DNA of 64,000 bases from an uncultured Acidimicrobiia bacterium (GCA_963731815.1 CAVSWW010000011.1:343466-407465), one strand, 5' to 3'. Counted from the first letter of the stretch, positions 9,511 through 20,041 are shown. Notes: generated by a model from the sequence alone, not told the origin. Numbers and translations: made by a program.

Positions 9511-10028
9511 ATGCTCGCAGCGTTCGGGAGCGACGCCTACAAGATCGTCCTGGTGCTCCACATCCTCTGCGCCATCATCGGGTTCGGCGCGGTCTTCCTC
9601 AACGGCCTCTACGGCGCGCAGGCCGCGAAGTACAAGGGGCCCGAGGGTCTCGCGATCACGCGGCGAACTTCTTCGTCTCGTCGATCGGCGAGTACTTCAT
9701 CTACGCGGTCTTCCTCCTCGGCATCGCCTTGGTGCTGATCGGCGACAACATCTTCGACTTCGGCCAGACCTGGATCTGGCTGTCGATGGCGATCTACATC
9801 CTGGCGATCGTCCTCTCGCACGCCGTCCTCCGGCCTGCCGTCCGTCGGATCATCACGCTGCAGGAGGAGCTGGTGAGCGGACCGCCGCCCGCCGGCGGCC
9901 CGCCGCCGCAGGTCGCGGAGATCGAGCAGGTCGGCAAGAAGCTCGCGGTCGTCGGCCCGATCCTCGACCTGGCGATGATCGCCGTGCTGGTGCTGATGAT
10001 CTTCAAGCCCGGTGGGCCGGGGATCTAG
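9511..10028 (+). CDS. polytopic membrane protein (about 4 TM), one frame break
   Basis: MLAAFGSDAYKIVLVLHILCAIIGFGAVFLNG.. is in frame 1. It continues as ANFFVSSIGEYFIYAVFLLGIALVLIGDNIF..MIAVLVLMIFKPGG in frame 3 (ORF 9729..10028). The break lies near 9662. Confidence 0.55.
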
Positions 10029-10049
10029 TCCCGGCCGTACGATCAGCCC

Positions 10050-10322
10050 GTGGACATCTACGGCGACGTCCTCCTCGAGCTCGTCACCGCGCTGGGCGCG
10101 GCGCTCTTCGCCGCGAACGCCTACGCGCTGTTCCGCCGCCGGCGGGATCGCCGCGAGGGAGCGAAGGCCGTGGTCGCCCGTGCCCGCCCGGGGAGCCCGG
10201 TCCGCAAGCAGGCCGAGGCGAGCCGCGGCGTGCTCACCGAGGCGCCCGTCGGGCGCACCGTCATGTTCATGTTGCTGGGCCTGATCGTGTTCGTCTGGGG
10301 CCTGGCCACCATCACGTTCTGA
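10050..10322 (+). CDS. small membrane protein (hypothetical)
   Basis: 90-aa GTG-start ORF with N- and C-terminal TM helices. No family recognised. Confidence 0.4.
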   Translation: MDIYGDVLLELVTALGAALFAANAYALFRRRRDRREGAKAVVARARPGSPVRKQAEASRGVLTEAPVGRTVMFMLLGLIVFVWGLATITF

Positions 10323-10342
10323 CTCTTCAGGAGAAGCAACCG

Positions 10343-10732
10343 ATGACCCGTCGCTGGTGGCTCGCGCCGACGCTCGATCTCGTCTGCATCGTCACGTTCA
10401 TCCTCGTCGGCGCCGGCCGGCACAACATCAACGACGGCGCCGACTGGTTCCTGATGGTGCTGTGGCCGCTCGCCGTCGGCTGGTACGGCGTGGCGCTGGT
10501 GACGCGCCTCTACTTCTCCGACGACCGCCCCTGGCTGCGGCTCACGATCACGCTCGCCGTCGCCACGCTGATCGCGTCGCTCCTGCGCGGCGCGTTCACC
10601 GACCGCCCGACGTTCTCGATCTTCACGGTCGTGTTCGTCGGGTGGATGCTGCTCACCGCGTACGGGTGGCGCCTGGTCGGCCGCTTCTTCAGCGCCCGGC
10701 GCGGCCGCAGCGCGCCGGCGACGTCCGCCTAG
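10343..10732 (+). CDS. DUF3054-like four-TM membrane protein
   Basis: ATG 10343. Sequence DLVCIVTFILVGAGRHN..WPLAVGWYGVALV matches my memory of DUF3054. It is in frame with ORF 9212..10732. Confidence 0.6.
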   Translation: MTRRWWLAPTLDLVCIVTFILVGAGRHNINDGADWFLMVLWPLAVGWYGVALVTRLYFSDDRPWLRLTITLAVATLIASLLRGAFTDRPTFSIFTVVFVGWMLLTAYGWRLVGRFFSARRGRSAPATSA

Positions 10733-10747
10733 CGCTCGCGACGGGGC

Positions 10748-11827
10748 TCAGCCCTCCAGCTGGATCACCACGCGGCCGGACGTGCGCCGGTTGGCGAGGT
10801 CGTCGATCGCCTGTGGCACCGCGTCGAAGCCGACGACGCTCCCGATGACGGGCCGCACCTTGCCCGCGCGCACGAGGTCGATCACCTCGGCAGTGATCTG
10901 CTCGCCGACCTCACGCCCCACGAAGTTGAAGCCCATCGCCTGCTTCACGAACGTGGCGATCGTCGGGTCGGCGTACGACAGCAGCACGCCGCAGAGCTTC
11001 AGGTTGCCCGCGGCGATCGCGCGCGGGACGACGAACGGCTCGTCGACCTTCGACTTGTCGGAGGCGAACCCCATCATCAGGTAGCGACCGTCGTAGGCCG
11101 TGCACTTCAGTGATGCCTCGAAGACGGCCGCGCCCACGTTGTCGAACACGACGTCGACGCCGCGGTTGTCGGTCTCGGCCATCACGACCTCGCCGAAGTC
11201 CTGCTCCCGGTAGTTGATGGCGACGTCGGCCCCGAGGTCGCGGCACAGCTGCACCTTCTCGTCGGTGCCCGCGGTGGCGAAGACGCGCGCGCCGGCGTTC
11301 TTGGCGAGCTGCAGCGCGGCCGTGCCGGATCCGCCGGCCGCCGCGTGGATCAGCACCGACTCGCCCGCCTGGAGGGCGGCGCGGTCGAACAGCCCGAGCC
11401 ACGCGAGGTGGAAGGGGAAGTAGAGCGCGGCGGCGTCGGGCAGCGGGATGTCGTCGGGCATCTCGAACATCGAGATCACCGGGCAGATGGCGGCCTCGGC
11501 GTAGCCGCCGAACGCCTGCTTCGTCGTCGCGACGACGCGCTTGCCCTGCCACGCCTCGGCGCCCTCGCCGCACGCCTCGACGACGCCCATGACCTCCATG
11601 CCCGGGGCGTAGGGCAGCTCGGGCCGCACCATCATGTTGGCGCCGGTGATGCGCTCGAGGTCGTTGAGGTTGAGCGGGATCGCCTGCACCCGGACGAGCG
11701 CCTCGCCGGCCTCCGGCTCGGGAACGGGCACCTCGTCGAGCTGCAGCACGTCGAGCGGCTGCCCGTACTCGTGGAGGCGCCAGGCCTTCATCGTCTGTTC
11801 GGTCATCCGGGCAACGTACCCAGACAT
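10748..11827 (-). CDS. zinc-type alcohol dehydrogenase / NADPH:quinone oxidoreductase family protein
   Basis: MKAWRLHEYGQPLDVLQLDEVPVPEP.., Rossmann motif HAAAGGSGTAALQLAK, intact ORF. The start may be the internal ATG at 11806. Confidence 0.8.
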   Translation of the reverse strand: MSGYVARMTEQTMKAWRLHEYGQPLDVLQLDEVPVPEPEAGEALVRVQAIPLNLNDLERITGANMMVRPELPYAPGMEVMGVVEACGEGAEAWQGKRVVATTKQAFGGYAEAAICPVISMFEMPDDIPLPDAAALYFPFHLAWLGLFDRAALQAGESVLIHAAAGGSGTAALQLAKNAGARVFATAGTDEKVQLCRDLGADVAINYREQDFGEVVMAETDNRGVDVVFDNVGAAVFEASLKCTAYDGRYLMMGFASDKSKVDEPFVVPRAIAAGNLKLCGVLLSYADPTIATFVKQAMGFNFVGREVGEQITAEVIDLVRAGKVRPVIGSVVGFDAVPQAIDDLANRRTSGRVVIQLEG

Positions 11828-11894
11828 CCGGGGGTCCCGTCGCCGTTGCGCCGATGACAGACTCGGCGAGCTGCGAGCTGGACGGAGGTGGAGC

Positions 11895-12296
11895 GTGACC
11901 GGTGACGACGCGGTCGAGCGGGTCCGGCAGCTCTTCGACGCGTTCTACGCGGCCGACGAGGCGAGGTTGACCGCGCTGATCGGCGACGACTTCGTCACGC
12001 ACGGACCGGGGGGCGGTACCGGGAACGCCGAGGGGTGGAAGGCGATGGCGAAGCAGATCGCCGCGGCGCTGCCCGACAACCGCACCGAGATCGACGACAT
12101 CTTCGCCGCCGGCGACCGGGTCACGGTTCGCTACACGTCGAGGGGCACGCACTCCGGCGCCGAGCTGTTCGGCGTCGCGCCGACGGGCAAGCAGGTCACG
12201 ACGAGTGGCATCGAGATCTACCGCGTCGACGGCGGTCGCATCGTGGAGTGCTGGGGTGCGTACGACATGAGCGACCTGTTCTCGCCCCAGTCGTAA
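11895..12296 (+). CDS. SnoaL-like / ester cyclase family protein
   Basis: GTG 11895 follows GGAGGTGGAG. DDFVTHGPGG..DRVTVRYTSRGTHSGELFGVAPTGKQVTTSGIEIYRVDGGRIVECW is typical of SnoaL-like cyclases. Confidence 0.65.
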   Translation: MTGDDAVERVRQLFDAFYAADEARLTALIGDDFVTHGPGGGTGNAEGWKAMAKQIAAALPDNRTEIDDIFAAGDRVTVRYTSRGTHSGAELFGVAPTGKQVTTSGIEIYRVDGGRIVECWGAYDMSDLFSPQS

Positions 12297-12298
12297 CG

Positions 12299-13214
12299 TC
12301 AGCCGGTGAAGCTCGGTTCGACGACCAGCGGGCTCACGCAGGTGCTGATCGTGGGGTCGTAGGTGATCGTGACGAGCCCGTCGCCCGTTCGCACCCCGGT
12401 CTCGAACGCCACGCCTGCGGGCCCGAAGCCGGAGCCTCCCCCTCCGCCGGCGCCGTCGGGATTCGGGGGCGCGCTTCCCGCGCCGCCACCTCCGCCGAAG
12501 AGCCCGCCGCCGCCCCCGCCGCCGTTGTCTCCGCTGTCGATGCCCGCGCCGTCGCCACCTTGTCCGAGGCTCCCCGACTCGCCCGGCGCGCCGGCCAAGT
12601 CGCCGCCCGCGCCGCCGGTCGTCTGCGTGCCGCCACCGCCGCCGGGCGTCGCGGTCGCGCCGCCGCTCGGCAACCCGTCCTCACCGGTCGCGCCACCGCC
12701 GGCTCCGCCGGCCCCGTTGTCGGTCGAGTCGACGCCGCCGCCGCCTCCGCCGCCCGCGACGAGCGCCCGGTGCTCGAGACCGGTACCACCCTGGCGCACG
12801 TCGGACGCGCCACCGCCGCCGCCGCCGAAGAAGTCGGCGTTCTCGTCCGACGTTGCCGTTGCCGCCGCCGTTGAACCCACCGGCGCCGGCCCCGGTGCCC
12901 GCATCGCCGTCCACGCCCGCGCCGCCGACGTTGACCTGAAGCGTCTCACCCGGGATGACCGGGATCGTGGCCGTGGCGTGACCGCCGAGTCCGCCGGCCG
13001 GTCCCGTGTCACCGCCCGCGCCACCTTCGGCACCGAACGCATCGACGGTCACCGCGCACACGTCGGCCGGCACCACGAACGTCTGCGGCCCGCCGGTGGC
13101 CTCGAACGTCTCGCTCACCGGCGCGGCCTGCGCAGGGGCGGCGAGGACCAGTGCTCCCGCGACCAACCCCGCGGAGAGCGCTGCCCAGCGGGCGCGTCGG
13201 AGCGTCACTTGCAT
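12299..13214 (-). CDS. secreted glycine-rich domain protein, paralog 1, one frame break
   Basis: ATG 13214 opens a signal peptide (AALSAGLVAGALVLAAPAQA). The pattern ETFEATGGPQTFVVPADVCAVTVDAFGAEGGAGG..IPGETLQVNVGGAG..GGFNGGG matches bacterial glycine-rich domain proteins. The frame break lies near 12850. The C-terminus is GDGLVTITYDP..VVEPSFTG. Confidence 0.75.
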
Positions 13215-13266
13215 GATCGTTCCTCTCGTCCGGGCCGGTCGACGAACGGATCGACAGTAGTGACGA

Positions 13267-14193
13267 TCAGCCGGTGAAGCGCGGCTCCACCGCGATGCAC
13301 GGCGACACGAGCGGGTCGTAGGCGATGACGAGCACGCCGTTGCCTGCATCGCCGGAGTTGATCCCGGTCTCGAACAGCGTGCCGGCCGGGCCGAGGCTCG
13401 AGCCGCCACCGCCGCCACCACCACCGTCGGCGGCCCCCTCCGCGTTCGCGCCGCCGCCGCCACCGCCGGTCGCGCCGCCGCCGCCGCCACCACCACCGTC
13501 GATGGGCTCGCCGTCGCCACCCGCGCCGCCCTGGGAGCCGGTCGCGTCCTGGCCCGCGGGTGCGCCGGCGAAGCCGGCGCCGCCGATGCCACCGTTGCCA
13601 CCGCTCGACCCGCCGGACCCGCCCTCCTCGGAGGCCGCGGTGCCGTCGTCGCCGCCCTCGCCGCCGGCGCCGCCGTCGCCGCCACCGCCGAAGCCGCCGC
13701 CGCCGCCACCACCACCGGCGATGACGATCGGCGCGCCGGCGCGGTTGATCTGGGTCGCGCCGCCGCCGCCGCCGCCGATGCCGTCGTCGCCGTCGCCGCC
13801 GTCACCGCCGCCGTTGAAGCCACCCGCGTTGTTCTGGGTGCCTGCGGCCGGCGCGACCCCGTCGCGGACCGTTTCCTGCATCGGTCCCTCGCTTTCCGGG
13901 GTCTGCCCTGCGCCGCCGACGACCACCTCGAGCGTCTCGCCCGGCGTCACGGGCACCGTCGCGCTCGCCTTGGCACCGAAGGCGCCCTCGCCGTTCGACT
14001 CGCCGTCGCCGCCGGCAGCACCGACCGCGAAGACCTGGATCGAGCAGACGTTCTCGGGCACGACGTAGGACGCGGGTGCTCCCGTGTACGAGAAGGTCTC
14101 TTCGGACTGGGCCCCGGCCCCGCCGCTGGTCGCGGCCGCGAGGGCTGCGGTCGCCAGCCCGGCGACACCGATGACTGCAAGGAAACGTCGCAC
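13267..14193 (-). CDS. secreted glycine-rich domain protein, paralog 2
   Basis: Intact 308-aa ORF with a signal peptide (AVIGVAGLATAALAAATSGGAGA). It has the same architecture as paralog 1 (FSYTGAPASYVVPENVCSIQVFAVGAAGG..VTPGETLEVVVGGAG..GGFNGGG) and the C-terminus VLVIAYDP..AVEPRFTG. Confidence 0.8.
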   Translation of the reverse strand: MRRFLAVIGVAGLATAALAAATSGGAGAQSEETFSYTGAPASYVVPENVCSIQVFAVGAAGGDGESNGEGAFGAKASATVPVTPGETLEVVVGGAGQTPESEGPMQETVRDGVAPAAGTQNNAGGFNGGGDGGDGDDGIGGGGGGATQINRAGAPIVIAGGGGGGGGFGGGGDGGAGGEGGDDGTAASEEGGSGGSSGGNGGIGGAGFAGAPAGQDATGSQGGAGGDGEPIDGGGGGGGGATGGGGGGANAEGAADGGGGGGGGSSLGPAGTLFETGINSGDAGNGVLVIAYDPLVSPCIAVEPRFTG

Positions 14194-14279
14194 GAGACCT
14201 GCCTCCGCTCAGCCCGAGCACCTGCCCGGAGATGGCGGAGACCATAGCGCCCGATCGGCGACTTGTACCGGTTTCCGAG

Positions 14280-14350
14280 AGCGGGTGACGGGAATCGAAC
14301 CCGCGTTCTCAGCTTGGGAAGCTGATGTTCTGCCTCTGAACTACACCCGC
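14280..14350 (-). tRNA. tRNA-Gly (anticodon CCC)
   Basis: The reverse complement folds as GCGGGTG/CACCCGC acceptor, GTTC..GAAC D-arm, TCAGC-TTCCCAA-GCTGA anticodon arm, and GCGGG-TTCGATT-CCCGT T-arm. It is 71 nt with no encoded CCA. Confidence 0.9.
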
Positions 14351-14394
14351 GTGGAGCCGGATCGTACAGCGACCACCCTTTAGGCTCCGCTGCC

Positions 14395-14967
14395 GTGATC
14401 CTGTCGGACCGCACGATCCGTGAGGAGCTCGACGCGGGCCGCATCGCGATCGACCCGCTCGCCGACGGCGCGGTGCAGCCGTCGTCGGTCGACCTGCGGA
14501 TCGACCGCTACTTCCGCGTGTTCCGAAACGACACGACGCCCTTCATCGATCCGAAGGAGCCGCAGGAGGACCTCACCGAGCTCGTCGAGGTCGCCGACGA
14601 CGGTCGCTTCATCCTCCATCCCGGCGAGTTCGCGCTCGCGTCCACGTTCGAGGTGGTGACGATCGCCGACGACATCGTCGCCCGCCTCGACGGCAAGTCG
14701 TCGCTCGCTCGCCTCGGGCTGCTCACCCACGTCACCGCCGGGTTCGTCGACGCCGGCTTCAGCGGGCACCTCACGCTCGAGCTGTCGAACGTCGCGACGC
14801 TGCCGATCGCGCTGTACCCGCGCATGAAGATCGGCCAGATCTCGTTCCTGCGGATGACCACCCCGGCGGAGCACCCGTACGGCTCGGGCGAGGCCGGCTC
14901 GAAGTACCAGGGTCAGCGCGGGCCGACGCCGTCGCGCTACTACCTCAACTTCCGCGACGGCGATTGA
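14395..14967 (+). CDS. dcd: dCTP deaminase
   Basis: [74 protein letters not shown] is typical Dcd. Confidence 0.9.
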   Translation: MILSDRTIREELDAGRIAIDPLADGAVQPSSVDLRIDRYFRVFRNDTTPFIDPKEPQEDLTELVEVADDGRFILHPGEFALASTFEVVTIADDIVARLDGKSSLARLGLLTHVTAGFVDAGFSGHLTLELSNVATLPIALYPRMKIGQISFLRMTTPAEHPYGSGEAGSKYQGQRGPTPSRYYLNFRDGD

Positions 14968-14976
14968 GCGACGGCG

Positions 14977-16944
14977 TCAGCCGTACTCCTCTTCGCGCAC
15001 CGGGAGGCGGCGCAAAGCTTGTGCGGCGGCGCGCATCAGCAGGACGCACGAGAACGCGAGGCCCGCGAACCCGACGATCCACAGTGCCTCCTGGATGTCG
15101 GAGTCGTCGGTGATCGCGGCGGCGAGCAGCAGGATCGCGCACGCGATCGAGCCCAGCAGTCCCGTCGCCGCGAGCGTCACGCGGTCGATCCACGTCTCGA
15201 CGACGCGACGGTCGCCGCCCGAGTAGCGCTCCGTCCGCACGGTGAGGCGACCGGAGCGCAGCTGGTTCGCGATGGCCTCGGTGTGCTCGGGGAGCGTGCG
15301 CAGCGACGGCAGGGCGCGGAGCAGCTCGTGCTGCAAGAGCTCCTGTGGGTCCGCCTTGTCGCGCTCGTCGGCCAGCACCTGGCCGCCCTGGCGCGCGAGG
15401 TCGAACCCCGGGTCGACGACCATCAACGTGCCCTCGAGCGTGAGCAGGGCACGGGAGAGGATCGTGATCGATCCCGGCGGGAAGAGGTCGTGGCGCTCCA
15501 TGACGTCGAGCACCTCGCCGATCATCTTGGGGTCCATCCCGCCGCCTGCGTCGAGGTCGCCGAGCAGCTGGGCGAGGTCGATCTCCAGCGCACGCACGTC
15601 GACGTTGAGCGCGTCGCCGCCGGCGAGGTGGCGCACCGCGCGGGCCAGCACGCTGGCGTCGCGCATGGCGAAGCCGATGCCGAGCCCCTGGAGCCCCTCC
15701 AGGCTGACCGCGTCGAGCCGGCCGACGGCACCGAAGTCGAGGAACCAGATCTTCCCTTGCACGTCGATGAAGAGGTTCCCGGGGTGCGGGTCGCCGTGGT
15801 ACAGGCCGTCGTGCAGCACCTGCGCGAGGAAGGACGCGAGCAGCCGGTTCGCGAGGTCGACCCGCGGCACGCCCGTGGCGTCGACGGCCGCCGAGTCGTC
15901 GATCGGGCGGCCCGGCACCTCTTCCATCACCAGGACGCGCGGGGTCGAGAGCGTCGCGTGCACGACCGGGACGCCGATGCCCGGCTGCTCGCCGAGGTTC
16001 TCGCGCAGCCGTATGCCCGACGACGCCTCGTGGAGGTAGTCGAGCTCCTCTTCGATGCCTTCGATCAGCTCCTCCACCAGGACCCGGGCGCGGACCCGTC
16101 GCGCCGCCTCGGACCGCCGCTCGGCCTGGCGCGCCGCGAGCCGGAGCACCGCCGCGTCGCGTTCGACGACCTCGTCGATGTGCGGCCGCTGGACCTTCAC
16201 GACGACCTTCGTGCCGTCGCGGAGCACGGCGCGGTGCGTCTGACCGATGGACGCGGCGGCGAGCGGCTCGAAGTCGAACGAGGCGAACGCAGTCTCGACC
16301 GGCTCTCCCAGCTCGCTCTCCAGCACCTCGCGTATCTGGTCGGCCGGCACCGGCCTGACGTCGGCGCGCAGCTGGGCGAGCTCCGTCGTGAGCGTCTCGG
16401 GGAGCAAGTCGCTGCGCGTCGACGCGATCTGCCCGAACTTCACGAGCATCCCGCCCGAGTCCTCGAGCGTCTTGCGCAACCGCGCCGCGAACTCGGGGGA
16501 GTCGAGCGCGTTGGCCGATGCGTAGCGCAGGTGCAGCAGGCCCTCGCGGCGCGCGTTCCCGGCGACTTCGCGCAGTCGGCCGTACGGGGCGAGGGCGGCC
16601 TTGGTCGCGCGCACCGGGTGCAGCCAGCGCCGCTTTCGCTTCCGTGGGCGACCGGCGGGCCGGCGCGTCAGGAGGTCGACCGTGATCGCGATCGGCAGCG
16701 CGGCGAGCATCCCGAAGCCGATCGTGACGGCGATGACGCCGATGACCTCGTCGAAGTCGCTGACCTCGAGCGTGCCGTCGTCGCCGAGCACATAGATGGC
16801 GACGACCGCTCCGGCGAACCAGCCCATGGCACCGACGAAGAGCCGCTCCCAGCGCCCGAGCCGCACGCCGAGGACGCGTCCGCACAGCCAGCCGACCGTC
16901 GTGATGAAGACGATGAGCAGGAGGATCGAAAGGAGGAGCTCCAT
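14977..16944 (-). CDS. ABC1/UbiB (AarF) atypical kinase family membrane protein
   Basis: Intact 655-aa ORF with LVKFGQIASTRSDLLP, PLAAASIGQTHRAVLRDGTKVVVKVQRP, HGDPHPGNLF, and flanking TM helices. Confidence 0.85.
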   Translation of the reverse strand: MELLLSILLLIVFITTVGWLCGRVLGVRLGRWERLFVGAMGWFAGAVVAIYVLGDDGTLEVSDFDEVIGVIAVTIGFGMLAALPIAITVDLLTRRPAGRPRKRKRRWLHPVRATKAALAPYGRLREVAGNARREGLLHLRYASANALDSPEFAARLRKTLEDSGGMLVKFGQIASTRSDLLPETLTTELAQLRADVRPVPADQIREVLESELGEPVETAFASFDFEPLAAASIGQTHRAVLRDGTKVVVKVQRPHIDEVVERDAAVLRLAARQAERRSEAARRVRARVLVEELIEGIEEELDYLHEASSGIRLRENLGEQPGIGVPVVHATLSTPRVLVMEEVPGRPIDDSAAVDATGVPRVDLANRLLASFLAQVLHDGLYHGDPHPGNLFIDVQGKIWFLDFGAVGRLDAVSLEGLQGLGIGFAMRDASVLARAVRHLAGGDALNVDVRALEIDLAQLLGDLDAGGGMDPKMIGEVLDVMERHDLFPPGSITILSRALLTLEGTLMVVDPGFDLARQGGQVLADERDKADPQELLQHELLRALPSLRTLPEHTEAIANQLRSGRLTVRTERYSGGDRRVVETWIDRVTLAATGLLGSIACAILLLAAAITDDSDIQEALWIVGFAGLAFSCVLLMRAAAQALRRLPVREEEYG

Positions 16945-16953
16945 GCCCGGAGA

Positions 16954-17766
16954 CTAAGGGCCGTGCACGCCAGCAGCCATCAGCGCGCGGCGCGGAAGCG
17001 GATGAACTCCCTGATCGGGTCGTCGGTCACGCGGATCAGACCGCTGAACGGGTAGTCGAGCGTGATCACCAGGGCGATCGTCGAGCCAGATCACGAGCGC
17101 GAGCGCCGACAGGATGAACAGGTGCGACTTCCGATGTCGGGTGTCGAGGAACGTCGCGACCGCCATCACGACGAGCCCGATGACGACGAGGAGCACCAGC
17201 AGCGTGACGGGGATCGTCGCGCGGGCGGAGTCGAGCAGCTTCGCCCGGGTCTCGACCACCTGGTCGAGTCCGCGGATCAGGCTCTCGTACGCGGCGCGCT
17301 GCGACTCCGACTGCGGTTCGTAGCGCTGCGCCGTGCGGAAGATGGTTTCGAGCGCGTCGTCCGTGTGCCGGTCCGGCTTCGAGGCGTCCTCGAGGCTCGG
17401 GATGCCGCGGCGCACCACGGCGCGCGCGTAGTCGAGCGTCACCTGGCGGATCTCGTTGCCGGCCGGCTCGGGGATGTCGCGGCTGTTCTCGTAGACGACG
17501 GCGAGCCCCGACGCCTTCCCGGAGATCGTCGACTGGGTGTCGCGCAGCTGGCTGTACGCGTCGACGATGACGAAGGCGATGAGGATCGCGTAGATCGTCG
17601 CGGTCACTTGCAGCGTGACGGAGGCGGTGGCGCTCGCGCGCTCGCGCACTTCGGGGGCCACGAACTTGCGCATGATCATGTCGAACAGGAACGTGAGCCC
17701 GATCGCGATCACCGCGAAGATGATGAAGATCAGGCCCGCCGGGAGCGATGCGAGCCAATGGATCAC
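16954..17766 (-). CDS. DUF4239-like membrane protein, probable frame break near the 3-prime end
   Basis: The N-terminal TM and helical core are intact. After ..SALALVIW the ORF frame turns Arg/Pro-rich. A shifted frame reads ALVITLDYPFSGLIRVTDDPIREFIRFRAPR with a stop at 16980-16982, which is the likely true end. Confidence 0.6.
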   Translation of the reverse strand: MIHWLASLPAGLIFIIFAVIAIGLTFLFDMIMRKFVAPEVRERASATASVTLQVTATIYAILIAFVIVDAYSQLRDTQSTISGKASGLAVVYENSRDIPEPAGNEIRQVTLDYARAVVRRGIPSLEDASKPDRHTDDALETIFRTAQRYEPQSESQRAAYESLIRGLDQVVETRAKLLDSARATIPVTLLVLLVVIGLVVMAVATFLDTRHRKSHLFILSALALVIWLDDRPGDHARLPVQRSDPRDRRPDQGVHPLPRRALMAAGVHGP

Positions 17767-17793
17767 GGCGTTGCGAGCCCCGTGCCCAAGGTC

Positions 17794-20007
17794 CTAGATG
17801 CCGGGCGTGAAGCTGGCCGACGCCGGTGCCGCCTTCTCGGACTCGATGGCCTCGAGCAGGACCTCGGCGATGTCCTGGACCTTGACCTCTTCGTCCTTGC
17901 CCTTGGCCTTCACGCCGTCTTCCATCATCACGTAGCAGAAGGGGCACGCGACCGCGATGCGCGACGCGCCGGTCGCGAGCGCCTCTTCGGAGCGCTCGTC
18001 GTTGACCTTCTTCCCGACGTGCTCCTCCATCCACATGCGCGCGCCGCCGGCACCGCAGCACATGCCGCGGGTGCCGTTGCGCGGCATCTCGACGATGTCG
18101 ATGCCGGCGAGCGAGCCGATCACCTTCCGCGGCGCCATGTACACGTCGTTGTGCCGGCCGAGGTAGCAGGAGTCGTGGTACGTGACGCGCTCCGCGAGCG
18201 ACGCGCCCTCCATCGAGAGGCGGCCGTCCTCGAGCAGCTCGGTGAGCAGCTGTGAGTGGTGGACGACCTCGTACTGGCCGCCGTACTGCGGGTACTCGTT
18301 CTTCAGCGTGTTGAAGCAGTGCGGGCACTGCGTGACGATCTTCGTGACCTCCATGCCGCCGAGCGTCTCGATGTTCTGCATCGCCAGCATCTGGAAGATG
18401 TACTCGTTGCCCGAGCGGCGAGCGGGGTCACCGGTGCAGAGCTCGCTCGGGCCGAGGATCGCGAAGTCGATGCCGGCGCGCTGGAGCAGCTTGGCCACCG
18501 CGCGCGTCGTCTTCTTGTTGCGGTCGTCGAACGACCCGGCGCACCCGACCCACATCAGGTACTCGTGCTCGAGCTTGCTGCTCCCGTCGACGATCGGCAC
18601 GTCGTCGAGGTCCTTGGCCCAGTCGGCGCGCTCGCCCTGGTTCATGCCGTAGACGTTGGACGTGTTCTCCATCGAGCGGTACGTGTTGCCGAGCTCGACG
18701 GGGAAGTCGCTCTCCATCAGCGACAGGTAGCGCCGCATGTCGAGGATCTTGTCGAGGATCTCGATGTTGACCGGGCAGATCTCGTCACACGCCTTGCACG
18801 TGGTGCACGCCCACAGCTCGGCCGACGTGACGCGCTCGAAGACCGAGTCGGCCTCGATCGTGATCTCGGGGTCGACGCCCACCGGCGGCGAGATCGCCGG
18901 GTCGGCGGTCGCCGACATCACCTCGCCGACCTTCAGCACGATCTCGCGGGGTCGAGCGGCTTGCCGGTCGCGTGCGCCGGGCACACCGACGTGCAGCGGC
19001 CGCAGATCGTGCACGCATCGGTGTCGAAGAGCTGCTTCCAGGTGAAGTCCTCGATCGTCGAGGCACCGAACGTGTCGAGCTCCGTCTCCATCAGGTTCGG
19101 CAGGGGCTTCATCGCGCCCTTCGGCCGGTCCGTGTCGGAGAGGTACATGTTCATCGGCGACGTGATCATGTGGCGCAGCTTCGTGATCGGCAGGATGACG
19201 ATGAACGCCACGAACGCGGCGAAGTGCACGATCCACATGGTCGTGTGCAGGTCGGCGAGCGTGCCGTTCGACCAGTCGAAGCTCTCGAACAGCTGACCGA
19301 TCGGGTAGCCGACGAGCGACCACCGCTCGAACGACGGCGTGCCCTCCTCGGCGAGGCGGATGCCCTCGGTGAGGAAGCCGGTGAGCCCGATGACGAGGAA
19401 CGTGCCGAGGATGACCGCGTCCTCCGGCTTCGTCTTGATCCGGATGCGGTACGGGCGCTGCACGTACCGACGGACGATCGCCCACACGATGCCGACGACG
19501 AAGATCACGCCGAAGATGTCGGCGGTCGCGGAGTACGCCTGGTACACGTCGCCCGTGCAGGAACTTCAGGTCGTCGGGGAGCTGGTGATCGATCTCGAGG
19601 ATGATCGTGGCGGCGAACAGCACCAGGAAGCCGAAGTAGATGAAGGAGTGCATGACGCCCGCGGCGGGGTCGCGCAGCAGCGTCTGCATCCACACGCCGG
19701 AGCGGAAGTCGCGCATCCGGTGCTCGACGTTGCTCTTCTTCGTGCGGCGGTCGTCGGGACGCCCGCGCTCGTAGTTCTGCACGCGCAGCGAGACGAGCCA
19801 CGCGCACACGAGGAGCACGACGGGGACCGTCGTGTAGAAGAGCCAGTAGATCGGGTCGGGCACCCCACCGAAGACGTGCCGGCTGATCGGCGACGCCTCT
19901 TCCCAGCCGGTGAGGCGCGGGAGGATCCCCGAGGCGATCGTCCCGAGCGCCACGAGCACGCCGACGACGAGGACGGCCTGGTGCGGCTTGATCGCGAGCC
20001 TGCGCAC
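17794..20007 (-). CDS. membrane-bound (Fe-S)-binding reductase (Rv0338c-like; cytochrome-b-like TM + 2x[4Fe-4S] + CCG domains), two frame breaks
   Basis: The N-terminal polytopic part is in the ORF 17794..20007 frame. The middle part ([36 protein letters not shown]) is in the ORF 18933..19547 frame. The C-terminal part carries [12 protein letters not shown] and Cys-rich CCG repeats ([38 protein letters not shown]). Breaks lie near 19555 and 18945. Confidence 0.8.
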   Translation of the reverse strand: MRRLAIKPHQAVLVVGVLVALGTIASGILPRLTGWEEASPISRHVFGGVPDPIYWLFYTTVPVVLLVCAWLVSLRVQNYERGRPDDRRTKKSNVEHRMRDFRSGVWMQTLLRDPAAGVMHSFIYFGFLVLFAATIILEIDHQLPDDLKFLHGRRVPGVLRDRRHLRRDLRRRHRVGDRPSVRAAPVPHPDQDEAGGRGHPRHVPRHRAHRLPHRGHPPRRGGHAVVRAVVARRLPDRSAVRELRLVERHARRPAHDHVDRALRRVRGVHRHPADHEAAPHDHVADEHVPLRHGPAEGRDEAPAEPDGDGARHVRCLDDRGLHLEAALRHRCVHDLRPLHVGVPGARDRQAARPREIVLKVGEVMSATADPAISPPVGVDPEITIEADSVFERVTSAELWACTTCKACDEICPVNIEILDKILDMRRYLSLMESDFPVELGNTYRSMENTSNVYGMNQGERADWAKDLDDVPIVDGSSKLEHEYLMWVGCAGSFDDRNKKTTRAVAKLLQRAGIDFAILGPSELCTGDPARRSGNEYIFQMLAMQNIETLGGMEVTKIVTQCPHCFNTLKNEYPQYGGQYEVVHHSQLLTELLEDGRLSMEGASLAERVTYHDSCYLGRHNDVYMAPRKVIGSLAGIDIVEMPRNGTRGMCCGAGGARMWMEEHVGKKVNDERSEEALATGASRIAVACPFCYVMMEDGVKAKGKDEEVKVQDIAEVLLEAIESEKAAPASASFTPGI

Positions 20008-20041
20008 AGGCGCAACCTACCCGTGCGGGTCGGAGAACCGG

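Noticed and set aside
12299-12325. EPxFTG read as a sortase LPXTG-type sorting signal.
   Set aside because: The motif is the extreme C-terminus. An LPXTG signal requires a following hydrophobic segment and a charged tail, and none is present.
13380-13800. CRISPR-like or satellite repeats in GCC/GCG-rich tracts. The same applies to 3080-3157 and 59730-59765.
   Set aside because: These are in-frame coding low-complexity runs (Gly and Pro tracts). They lack the regular repeat-spacer architecture.
12363-14068. Two plus-strand poly-proline ORFs (304 and 247 aa).
   Set aside because: They are the complement of GGN-rich glycine tracts (CCN codons). The minus-strand genes have signal peptides, RBSs and a recognisable family pattern.
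15019-17055. 678-aa plus-strand ORF.
   Set aside because: It is antisense to the ABC1 kinase gene and has a shadow-ORF composition (Arg/Asp/Glu/Gly/Val runs, no domain signatures).
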